Notes under the pieces: model-generated
Seen by the model: the letters and a program-made list of their open reading frames with translations, nothing else
Database searches by the model: none
Told to the model about the DNA's origin: nothing
Made by a program: the position numbers and the translations under genes
Source: Lytechinus pictus
Taxonomy: Eukaryota
Assembly: GCF_037042905.1 (NCBI RefSeq)
Contig: NC_087246.1
Coordinates: 434,001 to 498,000 of the forward strand
Direction: 5' to 3'
DNA: 64,000 bases
Shown: positions 26,153 through 41,700 of the stretch, piece after piece
How the letters are laid out: each line of letters opens with the position of its first letter
How positions within the stretch are numbered: the stretch's first letter is position 1

Positions 26153-27428
26153 CAAATATGTGGATTCCCTTAAGCATGTTATTGGCATCATAAATCACCA
26201 GAAATTTGAAATATTCCAAATATGAAATTGTGTGACATTGACTCTTTTCTTGCATATCAGGTCTTTTAATTCACAGAACTCTTCTGTAAAACTCAGTGAA
26301 ACCTAAGCATATTAAGTTCAATCATTTCCTTATTTATACTGATTTTCTGTTTTCGATGAAAGTGTCATCGTTTTACTTCGAATATTATTTCGATCGAATC
26401 AGTTTGCTTCTGGATGGAAAAAATTGGATGGCTAAAAAGTATAACAAAGTTATAAAGTATATAAAGTTGAAATTCATCAACATATTAAGATTCACTTTTG
26501 AAGGAATATCTGATGTGACAGCAATGACGTATCATAAAATACTGGAACCAACTCTCACATAATGTTGTGATGACATCAAGAATCTTTTAAAGATGTGATA
26601 ACTTGAAAACAATAAAGAGGAAGAAAGAAAGCAGAAAAGGGGGTATGACTTGAAACATTGAAAGACAGGTGTTATCTTAACTGACCTTTCTTATTCTATT
26701 TGCAATAATATTCATTTTATATTATTGTGGGTATCAACAGAATGACAAGACATAATCGTAAATTCATAGTCATACACATCGTTCTGTGTAACGTTCTTCC
26801 CTGACCATGATAAATGTGGCGTCTCGGCATTGATCACGTGATATACTATCTCAGCAAATCAAACACGCATATACATGTAGGTACAAAATGAGGGCGTAAT
26901 CCCAATTCATAGTCCGACTGATAGTGAAAACTAGAAGATATATTTAAAAATATTTCTTTGTTGTCTCAACGTAGAACCAACTGCAAGGAAGAGCCAAAAT
27001 TACTTTTTAAAGAACAATAGACTTAAAAAGCAACAAAAAGATGATTTAAATGAAAAGAATAAAAATGAAATAAACAAGACGCTGGAAATTTCTTCCCAAT
27101 TAAATGTAAATTAAGAAAGATAATGACATTTTGAAATTACGCTTATTATTTTCACATACCAGTTATATTCACAACATGGTGATATAGAAATATCTTTTGT
27201 TTTACAATGTTTGATCTGTACAATATTTATTTCTTTGCATATTTGATAGTAATGAGACCGTTGATCCAATCGCAATAAGTTACAACGTTTGCAATGCCAC
27301 ACATTCAGCGAGGAATCAAATATTATTATAGAAAGGAAAAAATGAATATTTTTTATTTTCTTGTAATTAAAAAAAAAAGGATAGTGAGTGGCTATTGTCA
27401 TTGTATCTGTCATTTGTATACCGACCAG

Positions 27429-27550
27429 GGCTCCGAAACACAAAGTATAACGTTGATCGTACGCTTGATTTTTACGATTGATTGTACATTGTAGTCAATG
27501 ATCGTGGAAATTTGTTCTACGATCATTGCTAAGCTTTGTGTTACGGCCTT
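27429..27550. mobile_element. Small PIF/Harbinger-like MITE
   Basis: ggctccgaaacacaaag / ctttgtgttacggcctt ends, flanked by cag on both sides; related to 48243-48511. Confidence 0.6.
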
Positions 27551-27724
27551 CAGGATGTGCAAATACTACTTTGTGCTGAATCATAACTGCTACCGGTTTT
27601 GATAGTTCAGCGTTATGCCGAATGAATTTTTTTTTTCTTCTGATAAAAAACATCTTTTTGTTGGGGTGACTGACTTCACTTTAAAACTTGCAAAGAAGGC
27701 AAGACTGATGATAATGAATGTATT

Positions 27725-28470
27725 TTCCAAGAACTACATTCAGTGAATAAATTTGCATATTTGATACCATGAATTATCCCATCCGTAATACAATACTAGA
27801 AATGTCCATGATATTCACCATCCTTTTCATCGTATCTCAATACCATAATCTTCCATTTTATAAAGTCTCAAATTTATGGAATAATCTCCCCATCTCATTT
27901 AAATATATATATAGTAAGACACAATATCTCAAACACAGTACAGGCAATATTTTTTATCAAAATAATGCAATTCTTTCAATTCAATTCAATTCTTTATTCC
28001 ATTTCCATTCAAAACATAATACAAAGTAATATAAAGTAATACAAATCAAGTACAATTTTACAGAAGGGCATTCTTACTTCGTAAAACAAAACAAAAAAGT
28101 ATAATATTGAGCATAAATGGAAATGAGGGGGATCAAGGGGGATCCACACTTTACAAGCTTTGCTTTTTAGTGGACCCCCCCCCCTCATTTCCATTTATGC
28201 TCAAAATAATGCAATGATCTATAAAAAGCATTTTTCTTAAATATTTCATGTTTCCTTCATTCCTTCATTCTATCTTATGTATTTTGTACATTTTGTGCTT
28301 TTATTTGTACACGTATTTCCATTTGAATATACCATTAGTTTGATTCAAATTAATTTTATATGTTTGAGAGGATCATTTCCAGCTAGCCTTGTTTGTAGAT
28401 AATATGTACGTACGTATGTATGAAACGTCGTTTTTAGCTTAAATTGTAAACAAAATAAAATGAAATGATC
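27725..28470 (+). mobile_element. Decayed CR1/L2-type LINE 3' end, interrupted by a younger insertion
   Basis: Frameshifted ORF2 C-terminal motifs YNTRNVHDIHHPFHR and LWNNLP, followed by a T-rich UTR and aaataaaatgaaatga. Confidence 0.65.
27972..28204 (-). mobile_element. Short LINE 3'-end insertion with inverted 5' segment
   Basis: Minus-strand tail aataaagaattgaattgaattgaa; perfect 15-bp direct repeat tcaaaataatgcaat (27957-27971 and 28201-28215); perfect 25-bp inverted repeat at 28107-28131 / 28180-28204. Confidence 0.85.
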
Positions 28471-31400
28471 AAAATTATTAATTTGCTTTCATTCTTTGTA
28501 AATTGAATTCCATCCATATTGATTTTTAATTTACGAATCTAAAGAATAATTAATAGTGATCTAGATTTTCCACCATTTTTCATTTTCTAAAATAGTTTTT
28601 TGTCTGTTGTCTGTTACTAATTAAATATTCTCTTCCTATAAATAACAGCTTGATTTTAATACACGGCCTTTAAAAATGTGAAAACAACGACACAGACATT
28701 TAAAATAATTAAAGTTTCATCAGAATCCGATTTGAAATATACGAAAGGTATGACATTTCAAAGTCGTGAACCTCCTAAAGGCAACGACCGTAGTCTTATA
28801 TCTATAGCAAAAGATGTAAGAGGTAACATGAACTTGATTGGATGAAACCAGAGGATGGGAATCAAAACAATGAACCCATCCCCCCGTCCCTCCCACATTC
28901 TCTCTCTCTCTCTCTCTTAACTCCATTTCCTTGTCCCCTTTTCCTTGAGTAGCTTCAATTTTATCTTATAAAAATCTAATAAGATATAGAAAGGAAGCAG
29001 TTTCTTCAATTCAAGCTTTTTTCACATTTCATAACTTGGAAATCTGAAAAGAAGCCCTATAACATGTCAAGTTCATTAACAATTGAAGAATAAAATAGTT
29101 AATAGTTTTGGTGGACCATGGCGTATATTTGGACCTAATCGCAAACAATTAAAGCGCTGATTTTTCTTTGATAGCCCATTTTGAAGGGGATTTAACAGTC
29201 AATTTACAGGACCAATTTTTAATAAAGGTTTACCCACCAAATAAAGAGAGCCCACAGTGATATGAGAAATACTGACGGGTCTATGGCATCCTCTAAATCC
29301 TCTTCACGTGCAATTAAGCATTATTGAAAAATACATATCAAACTCAAATTGGTCTAAATTAGTCGATCTGGGGGAGGTAATGAGGTTTCATTGTCTGTAT
29401 GTCAAACATTTTTGTCAACAGTTAGATTTATGTCACAAACGAAAATTGAAATCCGAAAAATGTAATAGTTCTGTAAAAAGAAAAACAACAAAGCGAACTA
29501 TTTATCATATAGCTCCGAATTTTATCGTTGATGCATTCAAAACTCTAATCCGAAGTATTAACTTATAGTACTTCAAACCCAAACCTGTTATTTGACTCAG
29601 AATTATTTTCAGAGGTTCTCCCTTCTCTTCTATCATAATAGTATTTTATTTTAGTCTAGAGTTATAGGAAGGCGATATTGTATTTTGAAAATCACAAAAG
29701 TTTCCATTAGTCGTAATTGGACGGTCTACAGATTCAAATCAAACTTTGCAACAGATGTGATGAAAAGTGAGACGTGTGCAAAATCTATTTGACTTTGGGA
29801 CTAGTCGAATTTACTCTTCAAAAGTACGATAACTTTAGATCCTGATTAGTTTGCCTTGTATGACAAATAAGAATTTGAGGAATAATTTGAGGAATGACGA
29901 AGTATGGAAATTGCCTGCTTTATGATCTTAATTGCAATTTCTTTGAACAAAATTGCATCTTTCTTTACTATGTTGGAAAGGCAATTTATAGCTGAACGTC
30001 ACATTGATGAAGATAAATAGATATCTTGTTATTGTTGTACATCTGGTTTAAGCCCTAGTACCGAACAATGTAACCAATCTCTTTATTCTATATCCTTACC
30101 CCACCCCTATCGCCACAAAATAGCTTCGAAAACCTTAGAAAATCAGAAATAAAAGTTATAGTCTTCATCTAATTGCATGGGACAATGAAACAAGTATGAG
30201 GGAAGTATCAAAACTATAACTTATATCGTCGAATCTTTGAACGTCGACGTTAAGTTGTTCATGTTAATATTGTAAAGTGAGGTTTATAGTTTGATCATTA
30301 TTTTTTCATCCTATCTTGATATTTCAGTAACGAAATGAAAAATCAAGTTTTGAATGCCTTTTATCATTATATCCTACAAATCAAAGATCAATTTAGGGAG
30401 ACACTGATATTATGTCAAGCATGGGTTAGAATGGGGGTAATGCTCTACTTGCAGCTGACTTGTGTGTGTATTCCCTGCTCTGATAAAATTTATTTTGGGT
30501 CAACGAAAAGTGTTGCTTTAAGTAGAAAAAATGCCTACCTAAAGATCTAGATACAGATTTAGATAAAATAATGCACACCTCAAATCTTAAGTCGCCCCCC
30601 CCAAAAAAAAAAAAAATGAAGTTAAATAGGGCACGGGAGTCATTCTGCAGATAATACAGAGCTTGAGAAAACGGAATAGCAAATAAAACCACATGCGCTT
30701 AATATTTAATCAACAGTATGTTCTATTTTCAGAATCTGTATTTAATTAGCATTTATCGGTCCATGGCCATGATGGTGTTGTAGCAAACGTCTGTAACCAG
30801 TATCAAGTCTTAATGAGGAGAAATGGCTCCCCATTGGGGATGTTTGGCAATCCGATAATCCTAGCAAAGAACCAATTTGTATCAAACCATTGAGTTATAT
30901 TGGTTTGGGGTACCCCTCACCTGCCTCCTCATTGAATACAAGGCCGACAAAATAAAACTCATAATTCAAAATCTGAACTTGCTATTGAGCAAAAAAAATA
31001 GTTTCATATCATGTAGGCGGGCTAGGTTTATTGATAGTAGCTATGTGTTTATTAAAGCTCGTTAGTTATTGTGTCTTTTCGTTGCGCGCAGTTAGTCGCG
31101 CATAAGATCGTGTAACGAGTTCTCCACAATATAAACAAAATAGTAGGGGCGGGAGTCTTTGTGTGAATAATTGAAAAGATGATTATATTTTCTCCATTCA
31201 CTATTTTATCTAAATCGTGCAAAAAGCAGCTCATTTTGTTTTGGGGCTTATTCTCCAAAGTTCATGGAAGTGCATTTCCAAAATGAAAAGACTGTGGCGT
31301 AGCCGTCGGAGAAAAGAGGGCTTAGGGACGCCCCTACTCCTTAATTCCCCTCCTCCCAAAAACATTTTTCAAACAATTGGGAAGAAATAAATGAAAGCAA

Positions 31401-34400
31401 AGTTGCGATAGCAAAATGAGAAGGCAGTTCAGCATACCAGTTCATGCTTTATTCGATATATAAACTAATAAGGTCCGGATGCCCCCCCCCCCACAGTGAA
31501 CACATGCAATACGCTGGTTTTTCACCCTCTTTCTATCTCTCTTTTATAAAGGAGTGCAGTCTATCTTTCATGGTTAATGATTAAGTAACGGGTGTTGGTG
31601 TATAGTATCCACAATGCTCATACATAAGAGGTTATTTTTTGACAACCAAAGGATTCTAATGATTCAGAACCATCGGTTCATTTACGCAGTAAAATAAGAT
31701 AATCAAAACTCATCATCAATGTAATGAGATTGGGAGGTGATCCAATCTTTCACAAACTTGATTAATATGATATACACACGACATCTGGTAAATAAAATAT
31801 TGTATACAATTAAAAAATAATTTGCCAAAGTCACTTTTGATATCATCTAAGTACATTATCAAAATCAATGGTGCAACAAGCGTTGTTAAAGAGAGCATTG
31901 AAGTTATTTTTCTTTCTCATCATCTGAATCTTGTGTCTTAAAAACTATTTTTATATTCATTTGGATATATTTGTTTGATCACTAAAATATTTAACATATT
32001 GAAGGTGGGACGATGAGTTTTAACAATGTTCATTTGATGTCAAAATTTCCAAGCAGGTGCAACCAACACAATAACACAGCTTGAAAGGACAAGAGTTATT
32101 CTGCTTTGACAGTTTGGTAAGTAAAATTTGAATTATCTTATACGAAAGGAAAGTAAAGGAAATAAAAAATGTATTGCCATTTTTTTTATACAGAAACAAC
32201 TATCTGTTGTTTTCTTTACAGCATCATTGTTTTCAAACGATATTTTATCTCACTTAGTTATAGTTGTGGTTATTGTATATATTATATTTCGAATGAAAAT
32301 TAGAATAACCATTTACAATTGCATACATAAATTTTATTGTCCATTCTCAACATACAATTTACTGTCGAATAATGTTAAACATCGGGTTTTTTTTTACTAA
32401 GTTTTGTTTATTTTATTCTATTCAATCATAATATAATTTCTATTTGAAAAAAATAGAAGTATCTTTTCAAAATAAAGAGATAATAATCAATTAAATGGCA
32501 AGATCTTTGTCTTTTTTTACAAGAAACTTTCCTTTTTTTAAATAGAATTTATATAAAGTTGCAATCTGAAAAGATCTTGATAGAGACCAAACTAAAGAAG
32601 AAGTATTTAGATATGCAATTTCGTAGCATTAAATTCTATTTTATTTAAAGTACTCAGTTGACTGTTTCGAATTTGGAAAGATAATATCTTATGCAAACTT
32701 AGGATAATTTGAACCATGCATTATTCAAAGGTGCTTTGTTGTTATCTGTCTATGCTTCGGACTAATTTTAAGCACATCATTTCTGACTACGAAACTGCAG
32801 TGGAAAGCCGAAAAATTAAATGAAATGATAATTATTTGATTTTCACAATTTTGTCAATCCACAGTTTGATGACATTGTTATGCCGACTAATTTTCTTTGT
32901 TTGCAATTTTCATAATGATGTAAGAAAACTGTAAGCAAACTAGTGCTTTTGCCATTCTGTATGGATAGAAGATGGTCATAATGTATTGTACGACTGACAT
33001 AAACTAAAACATTCGAATCCTAAATCCAGATCGAAAGAAGAACAAGTACACAAGAATTGGAAGTTTAGACTATAACATTATTAAAGAAAATAATCTTAAT
33101 TCGAAATTATTTATTGCTCTGATAATTATGTATAAATGTATATTTTAAAGTAAGTTTGGAGTCTTTCTCATTTTGTCTGATTATTTCAAAATATTTACTT
33201 TAAGACAAAAAATAATGAAATTACTCTTTCAACGACATTTACATATGCCATATAGTTGTATAGTCTCATATAGCAATCATGGTATATACGTTCGGTATAC
33301 ACTGTTGGATAGATAGGAAGCTTAAATTTAAAATATGGTTTCTTAAAAATTGATAGAAAATGTATTCTGATATTGTTATATCCATGCACACATTGAAATA
33401 CAGAACCTGCTCATTTTGTTGGCATTTTCATCACAACAAACATTAATTTTGAAGAAAATCACTAGAATTTTGAAATGATTGTGTCAGATAAACCATTAGA
33501 ATAATTGATTTCTACCTCTCACCCCACTGTACTTTTCTTTCAAAGTTTCTTTTTCTCCTGTAAACGTGTCGGTAAATATTTGATCTTCGTTTCAAAACCC
33601 CGTCAGTTTCAATAGCTGTCATAAATCATAGCTTACAATATAATAAACAACTCGTAGTAAACATACGATATAAAGTCAACCAATTGTGGTCCTTTCCCAA
33701 GGTGAGAAGGAGGAAAACCGTGCTAAAAATGATACCAGACTTTAGAAGAAAGGCTCACATCATCTGTATGTATTTCTCAAATGATTAATCTTCTAGACGT
33801 TTACCCATAAGACATGTTCAAATTGTCTGCGGATTAGAACAAACGGTTGGTGCATACTAGTAATTCTTGTAAATTTGAAACACAATATAGATCACACCTG
33901 CGCATATCATGTAAGCGTAGTGATAAATGTTAGCGGGCCTGCCGACGCCGCTGGCGACGATACCAGCTAATATAAGGTAGGCTTCGACGGCACTCGATCT
34001 TACAAATACAGACGAATTTACATCTCTAATGTAAAGATTATCATCCTCAATATTCCATTATAAGAAATGGGAACGTGAAGAAATCGTTTCATGAAACGTT
34101 TCCCTTAGGAATTTCACGACCAGAGTTCTTTTAGACCATAGGGATCATTATTACTAAACATTAGCAAACCACAGTAAAATGTACATAAACATGGTATAAA
34201 TAAAAAAGTAAGTTAAGTAGATAGCTTTATTTTGCTATGATGTTTGTGCAGACAGAAATGCCTTCTTATTAAATTATTTGTTATTTTCATGCAAAAACAC
34301 CAAGAACAGTTCTTTTGTCAAAATGTTGGCATCAATCAAAATAATGTTCAACCAATTATTCCTCCCACAGATGTAATGTTCAGCGATTAATCATTTACAT

Positions 34401-35883
34401 TTCATTTATTTGGTAAATCATCAGTGGTATTTAGCAGATGTTTTTGTTATAATCAATTTGAACTCTAATCATGAAAGGCACGGAGAAGGAATCACAGACA
34501 TAATGTTGTCATCAATCAAACAATATCATAAGGCGAAACCAGAATATTAGTTGAACTTGAACTCATATTACTGATAGCAATCTTCGACATTGATTGTAAT
34601 AAATCAGAATTAGCCATTCTAAACAACCCTCTTTTAAAGATTATTATAAGTGGTGAAATATCGAATGCGCGGCAGCATTAAAGATTACATTACTGACAAG
34701 TAGAAAGACTTGATTTTTTTTCACGTTTCCTTAATAAAACTGGGTAGTCAACTATTCTTACATGTTCGATCCATACGGTATGCTTGCTTTTCAAAAAGGT
34801 CTGGTGTTAAGTCAAATACAATAAAAACCAAATTAAAATCTAAAATATATTACCAATAGTGAAAAAGAACAGGAAAGTTCAAACAGAAACAAAGCACAAA
34901 TCATGATATTGTTTTGTGAAAACAGGAATAATGATAACAATATTATAGCAAAATCTATAAACCTTCCATGTAATTGTAATTAAAATATGGCATATATAGT
35001 AATACGGAATTTCACATGAATCACAAGTAAATTTCACTAAATAGAGAGATTACTATAACTTTACACAATCACTATCAGTGAATGATGAAACATGGAGATA
35101 AAGGAATATTATTAATGCCAGGATTAATTTGAGTTTTCTTTCACTGCTGTTCATTTGGTTCCAATATCATTTTGCATGGGCTTTTATTTCGTCATCAAAC
35201 CTTATATGCATGTAATGTTTATAACAATAGGTGCGCTTTTTAATTTGCATATTAACTCAGAGTACCATTATTGAATAGGCATACTCATACAAACATCGTA
35301 AACTGAACTTTTGGTACTTCCTAACAAACTAATAGAATAATTAACAATTAAAACTATTTAATGAAAATATTACTGTATTAAACAAAAATAAGCCTCCAAA
35401 TTAACTGCAGTTGCACGCAAATATAATATATATATACACACAAAATATCGTAAAATGGATTAAAGATCAGTACAAACCTGATATTATATTGGGAAACCTG
35501 GGAAACAGTTGCTAACCTAATGACACGAACTTTGAAGTCTGGTTTAACTTAGACCATGGTAATTCTGTGCTATTATGGGAAACCAAACATGTCAAAAATG
35601 TTGTTTACATGTATGTTTACTGTGCTCTTTCATGATGTTATAATGGCAAAGAAAACTCCTTGTTTTATTATTCCCAGGCACTTATAAATGATCTGAATAA
35701 CCATGGTAACAAATTATTTATAATTATTTTAACGACTTTCCTTCTTTGTTATCAGTGAATATAATCGATATCCATGTATAGATTAGTCAACTTAGAATGC
35801 CATACTTATAGACTATTGAAAATTCTGATGATATAGCAAGCAAAACGTGTAAACATTTGATTTTTATTAAACCATTAGAATAA

Positions 35884-35885
<2 letters not shown>

Positions 35886-35918
<33 letters not shown>
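35886..35918. repeat. (GA)n microsatellite
   Basis: Directly visible. Confidence 0.9.
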
Positions 35919-38544
35919 TCATTTCACACCTGTATCTCAAAGCATAGCGTTAAGAATTACGGTTATACCCCTTTATGGGCCTATAGAGTACAATTTGCGT
36001 CGTTTCTGCTCAAAAACAAGTTTAAATTCACACGATTTGAGGAATATTAAGACACAACACCGCCTACTTGACTACTTTCTATGTGCATGACATAAGTGTG
36101 AATTCGTAGAACATTAATCATAAACGTGTATCATGAATATGGGCTAAATAAGACGCAGTTTTTTATGTTTTCCAATATTAAGTTGGCAATTTACCAATGA
36201 TACAGGGTAAAGGGTCAAATTAATACACAGCACATAAGCCTATCACTTCCACCATTGATCATGTTGATAGTCATCAACTGGGATTAATTCATTGATTCTT
36301 CTTTCCTAATATTAAGAAGTGAATCTGCATCTCATTCGAAAGGTTGACTTGACTTGCACTCTTGATTGAGTTGAAATCTAATCTTGTTTGGGTAAGCATG
36401 GTAGGCATAATGGCGAGATCTTGAATTTGGAATTCTTTTCGCGTATTTGTTTCACTAACTAAACTTACAAATGTCACCCTTCTTTTACTCGAAAGGTGTC
36501 GATCCTCTTTAACTTATTTCGAAAAGACGGTAGGCTTGAATACGAAATCTGAAAGTATTTTTCCACCGAGAAATCTCGAAAGAAAAAAAACCCTACCATT
36601 ATGAGTATCGATAATTATAGGCATGCAGGAAAAAAATATGAACTCAGTGTAATACTGTCTTTATTTTTTTATTTCTTATTTTCTTGTGAGGCGGGTTTAA
36701 GTGTAAAATAGCTGCATTTCGATGATTAATCATGTCATGTTAAATATTCCAAATAAGTGAGATAGAAGAGATAGAGGTATATGGCCTGCAGGAATAGGGG
36801 TGGGAACGACCCCCTGTAGCAAGGAGGAGCACCCCTATTAGACATCAAAGGTATGGTACCGGTGCGGCCCAATAAAACGATACTAACCATCCTTACAATT
36901 CAAAGACCGTGTATCAGTATTAAACACCATTGATCACAACCATAAATCATTTCTATTCATACTATTGTATATCAACGGCCTTGGTGTCATTTATGCGGTT
37001 CTTATGTATTAATAGTTATCATTGCACTCTCTTTAAAGACCAACTCCGATCGTGAACGCATCTGAATATTCAAAGAGATGAACACGTCGTTCTAAGCCGG
37101 AGTAGTTTATGAAATATTTCTTTTGACGGTTTAGTGCATTGGTCTTAATGTTGCCCTGCGGTATAGAGATGTCCAAAAGGACTGTACTTTAATCTATAAT
37201 AGCTAGAGAGTTCATCCCTAACGTGACAAGCCACAATCAGACATAAGAAAGAAATATATTAACTTTCAAGTTTCTCTCATCAAAAAATGAGAAAACCACA
37301 GCTTCTTTCTAGAATATAAGGTGAAAAGAAAGACATAATAATCTCTTTATATTTTTCACAAGGTTGCCTTTTGATGGTATCACCATTCTTAGTATTACAT
37401 GCTAAGTTAACAGATAATCCCCTAGCCTGGTTCAGAAACAGAGTTTGAACTCTGTATAACCTATTTCCTCCATTATCATCATTATCATACCCTAAATCAG
37501 CATCATCATGTAGCCCTAATTTTAAAATTAGCCAGTATAGGTTTACGTCGTGTCACCCCCCCCCCTTTATTTAGATGCGGCTCCCTCTTAACATTTCACT
37601 GAACTGTTGTGAACTGACCTTTTCATCTTTCTCTTGTAAGTGGCTTGGTCAAAGTAACATTTCTTTTAGTTATTACGTGTTTGATCTAATAAAAGTAAAG
37701 AATGTTCAAAGTCAAATAATTGATCGGGTAAAACCTACGAAAATTTTTGTTGATTTTTGCATTATTTTTGGTTAGACACACAAACATATTGGCTATTTTT
37801 ACAAATCCATTTTAAGAGTAGGCCTATATTATGATATTTTTGGGCAAAATGGTGATAACAAGAATCATGCAAGCAGATCACAAGATGAAAACTATGGAAC
37901 AATTGAAAACACAAGAATGTTAACCCGTAATTTATTACTATTTCTACTATACCCTATACTATGATTGTTGGACTGACGACTACTTTGATCAGTGGTATTC
38001 ATTATCTGAGTCCCGTTACCATGGTAACACAAAGATTAGCATTTGATGGTTGGATTGATTTTAGTTATTTATAATTACAAACGTAGGCCTATCAATATTT
38101 TGAATACGATTCGTCGCTGACACTTGTATTGTATATATGATCCGGCTATGACACACTTGTTTATGTTTAGTTTGAATGTCAGTATCGTAGTTCACACATT
38201 AACAGTAAAGTTTGATTTAAACAATAGTCACCTAATCTAATATTATCCATATCCATTTCAAGAAATGTGTAAGTATCATATTTATATTTGTTTGGCGGTC
38301 AGTGTAGTGGTAATTGACCATGATGATGTTGTCTGTATTTGTATTCATACTCAGAGTATTGGTAATAGTTAGTAGTTAATCTGAACAACAGTTCACAATC
38401 AATATGGTTTTTATTATGATTCATAATTAATTTTTAAAATAATGCAACACATATATTAGTGACTTGTGTGTTTCCATTGGTTCCTGAATAACGACACGAC
38501 TTCTCAACATCTACATTTCTATTTATATCTACCATGCTCCTGTT

Positions 38545-38780
38545 TCTCCCCCCCCCCCTCTCATCGCCCTCGTCTCTTCTACTTCAACCCCTCCCTACCT
38601 CCATTTTGTCATATATGCTTGTTGACAATATCTCTTTTAGTCCCTCACCCACTCCCCACGCCCCCACCCTCACCCACTCAAAATCCTCACTCCCAATCCC
38701 CACCCCTCACCTCCTTCAAATCCACACGCCCCATCCCTCACCACCTTCAAATCCCCACCCCCCCCCACCAAACCTCCTGA
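38545..38780. repeat. C-rich low-complexity tract (G-rich on the minus strand)
   Basis: Many ccc/cccc runs; source of the Pro-rich spurious ORFs. Confidence 0.75.
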
Positions 38781-41700
38781 TTTTCCTTCTCTATATTTTC
38801 ACTTTCTTTCCTTATATCCATCTCGAGGGGGGGGGGGGGTTGCCCTCGTGTTACTTGCCTGCAGGTCATTAATAATTACGTATTCATAAGAAGAAAAAAA
38901 AAGAATTAGCTTATTCAATGCAGTTGTTACAGAGAGGAATATAACATATATATTGAAAATACACTATAAAGATCGCTTGGAAAAATGCGTCTTGGAAACA
39001 TCTTTTGTAATACATCTTGAATCTTGAATCTTGAAAAAGTACTCTCCCAAAAGCGTACACGCTGTCCTGGAGAGGGTTATACATCGTCTGTATAAAGAAA
39101 AATAATCCCTTTTACAGGGGGACATTACAATAGAAATCTAAAAATGCATAACATTACGGGTTCAAAAAGTCTAGTAATTTTTCAAAATATTCTTTTAAGT
39201 GTATAGATTAAACTTTTATCGTATTCCTACATATTCATGTCTTAGTTTGCAGTGTTCGGGTAGAATATAGCAGTATCCCTGTTCATAGCAACGTGTATTG
39301 CCATAATACAACATTCCAGATGTAAACTTAGAATGTACATATTCATTACTTTGCCTTTATTCTTGCCCTGTAAATTTAGTCGACTGTGCAGTGTGTAAAC
39401 AGAAGGTACGTTTCTTACTTTCAACAAAGCTCTTTCCAATCTCTTTCTTTCGTCTGCTCTTGAAATACATTTTTACCAAGATTTTCTTGCCAGTCAATAA
39501 GCGGTGGTGATCGGTCATGTTCGATTCAGTAAGCTGTCATCGCAAATCCACCGCCTTGGTACGGCCAAACGTCGGGCTCTTATTTAGCCTCGTATGCCGT
39601 GCTTGAAACCCGAGCTTCAGAGCGAGATTTCTGCATACAACAAAAATGCTTTGTCGGGATTTAGTTTCGCTATGCTATCTTGATGGATGCAGTAAGATCA
39701 GTAGCAATACTATCCATATGATCAATAAAAAAGAGAGTCACAATCACAGTGACCTGAAAAGACTTACGGAAATAGAGATCTCTGAATCTGTAAAAAGAAA
39801 AAGAAAAGGAGTTTTGACGGGTATAGGCAGATTGCATCTAAAATAACATTATAGAACATGCTTTGAATATATACTAATCAATCTTTGAATCGAAAAAAAA
39901 TAATAATCTTGAACGCTATCATCATTATCATAAGGTCATTTTTTACTAAGAAAAAAAAAAACGCTTTGAAGCAAGCCATATGTAAAGCAACACATTCTTG
40001 CATCATATCAGGAAAGATGGTTTTACAAATATGAATTTCGGGCAAAAGGGAAAAGTGAGTTGCGATTTTTTTTAAAGAAAATTGTTAAAGCACGGTAAGG
40101 TATATATTAGTCTGTTCTTTATTTGTTAGTGCTCTAAGTATTTCTTTCTGACGGGGTGGTCTATGAATGAGATGAATCTCATATTGACATCTCACATACC
40201 TTCATGTCACTATCAGCAGACAAGTCATCTTTCCTCACTATCTATTCTTTCTAAAGGTTAGAAAGATGTCTAAATGATGAGACTTTCATGTGGAATTTCA
40301 ACATTCCTTCACCTTTCATGTCAACGGATTGAGAAAAGGGAGAACGTTGAGTAAATATTTTCATATTTGCATTGTGATCATTTAGGAAAATGAAAAGAAT
40401 GAAAATATATGTTGATTGAAGCTATGAAACTTTTAATACACCAATACAAATGATACATGTTTACTATAAAATATTTTGAAATTATGTGGAATGTGAACTT
40501 GGATTCAATTTTCTAATTGTTCATAATTCATTTTTTTAAATATGAAAATATACGCCCCCCATACAGACTGCCCTAATTTAAGAAAGACACAATACGTAAC
40601 TACTTCTTACTAAATATTATCATTCGACATGGATTTTGAATATCATTACATAATTAGAAAAAATACGTGTGTGAGCATGAAGTATTCATTCTCTCTTTTT
40701 TTTTGCCAATTTCCCATTGAATTTTGTGTTTACGTCTCGACATTTTTAATTATCTGTCAGTATAATATATATATATTGTACTAATATGCTGAGAATAATA
40801 ACAACAGAGGATGAAAAGCATTTTCTAAAATCGCAACGTTTGCATGGACAAATATTGTATAATCACAGCACAACGTTTCATCTTTAAGTTAAGGTAATCT
40901 GAGGTAAGTATAAAGAATCTACCTTTATTACTACTTGGTTATTCTAAATAATTTTCTTACCTCAAGAAATACATAAAATTAAAGAAAAATCCGTAGAAGC
41001 ATAAGAGTGCTTGTAAGGAAGCCGTATTCTGAGATTTTTTGACGGGTGCAATTTGCCAATTGTAGACAGCTGAAATCCCATCGCGTCAAAGCTAGAAATT
41101 ATTCCTCATGATGACAAGGAAAATCCTGATAGATTTATAATGGAGCTTAATCTTAGCTATGTCCTCACTCCCTAACGATACATAACATCACGACATTTTA
41201 TTTCATTCTATTACTCTATAATATCTCATTCCGATAATACATACAAGCATTTGACTACTCAAATTTAGTTAAAGGTTCTTCATACTTCGAAGGAAAAAAT
41301 AGGGGCAGCGTAAAGCATGTTAAAGGCCGTGAATGTTGTCGAGATATTTACACTTCTCATTTCAAGAACGACAAAATGTTGTATTCTAATTTACATTTAT
41401 ATAATTTTTTTTTTGTCGTACCATGGATTATCAAGACAGAAGAAATCGAAAGAACCTTTGAGTATAAAGAAAATCTTTTAAAGATGTGACCAGTCTGATA
41501 AGTATGATAACAGCAGAATCTTAGTATAGAAAATGTATCGCAATCTATATTTCGGTCAATGCATATTTTGAAAATAGTTATCTTATTATTTTGACTTATC
41601 CACTGAATTGTAAAAACAGCATGAATATAAAATTGATACAATAAATTCGAAATGAAATATGAAAACAGGCCTTATTGCAAATTATCCATTTTCATGTAAC

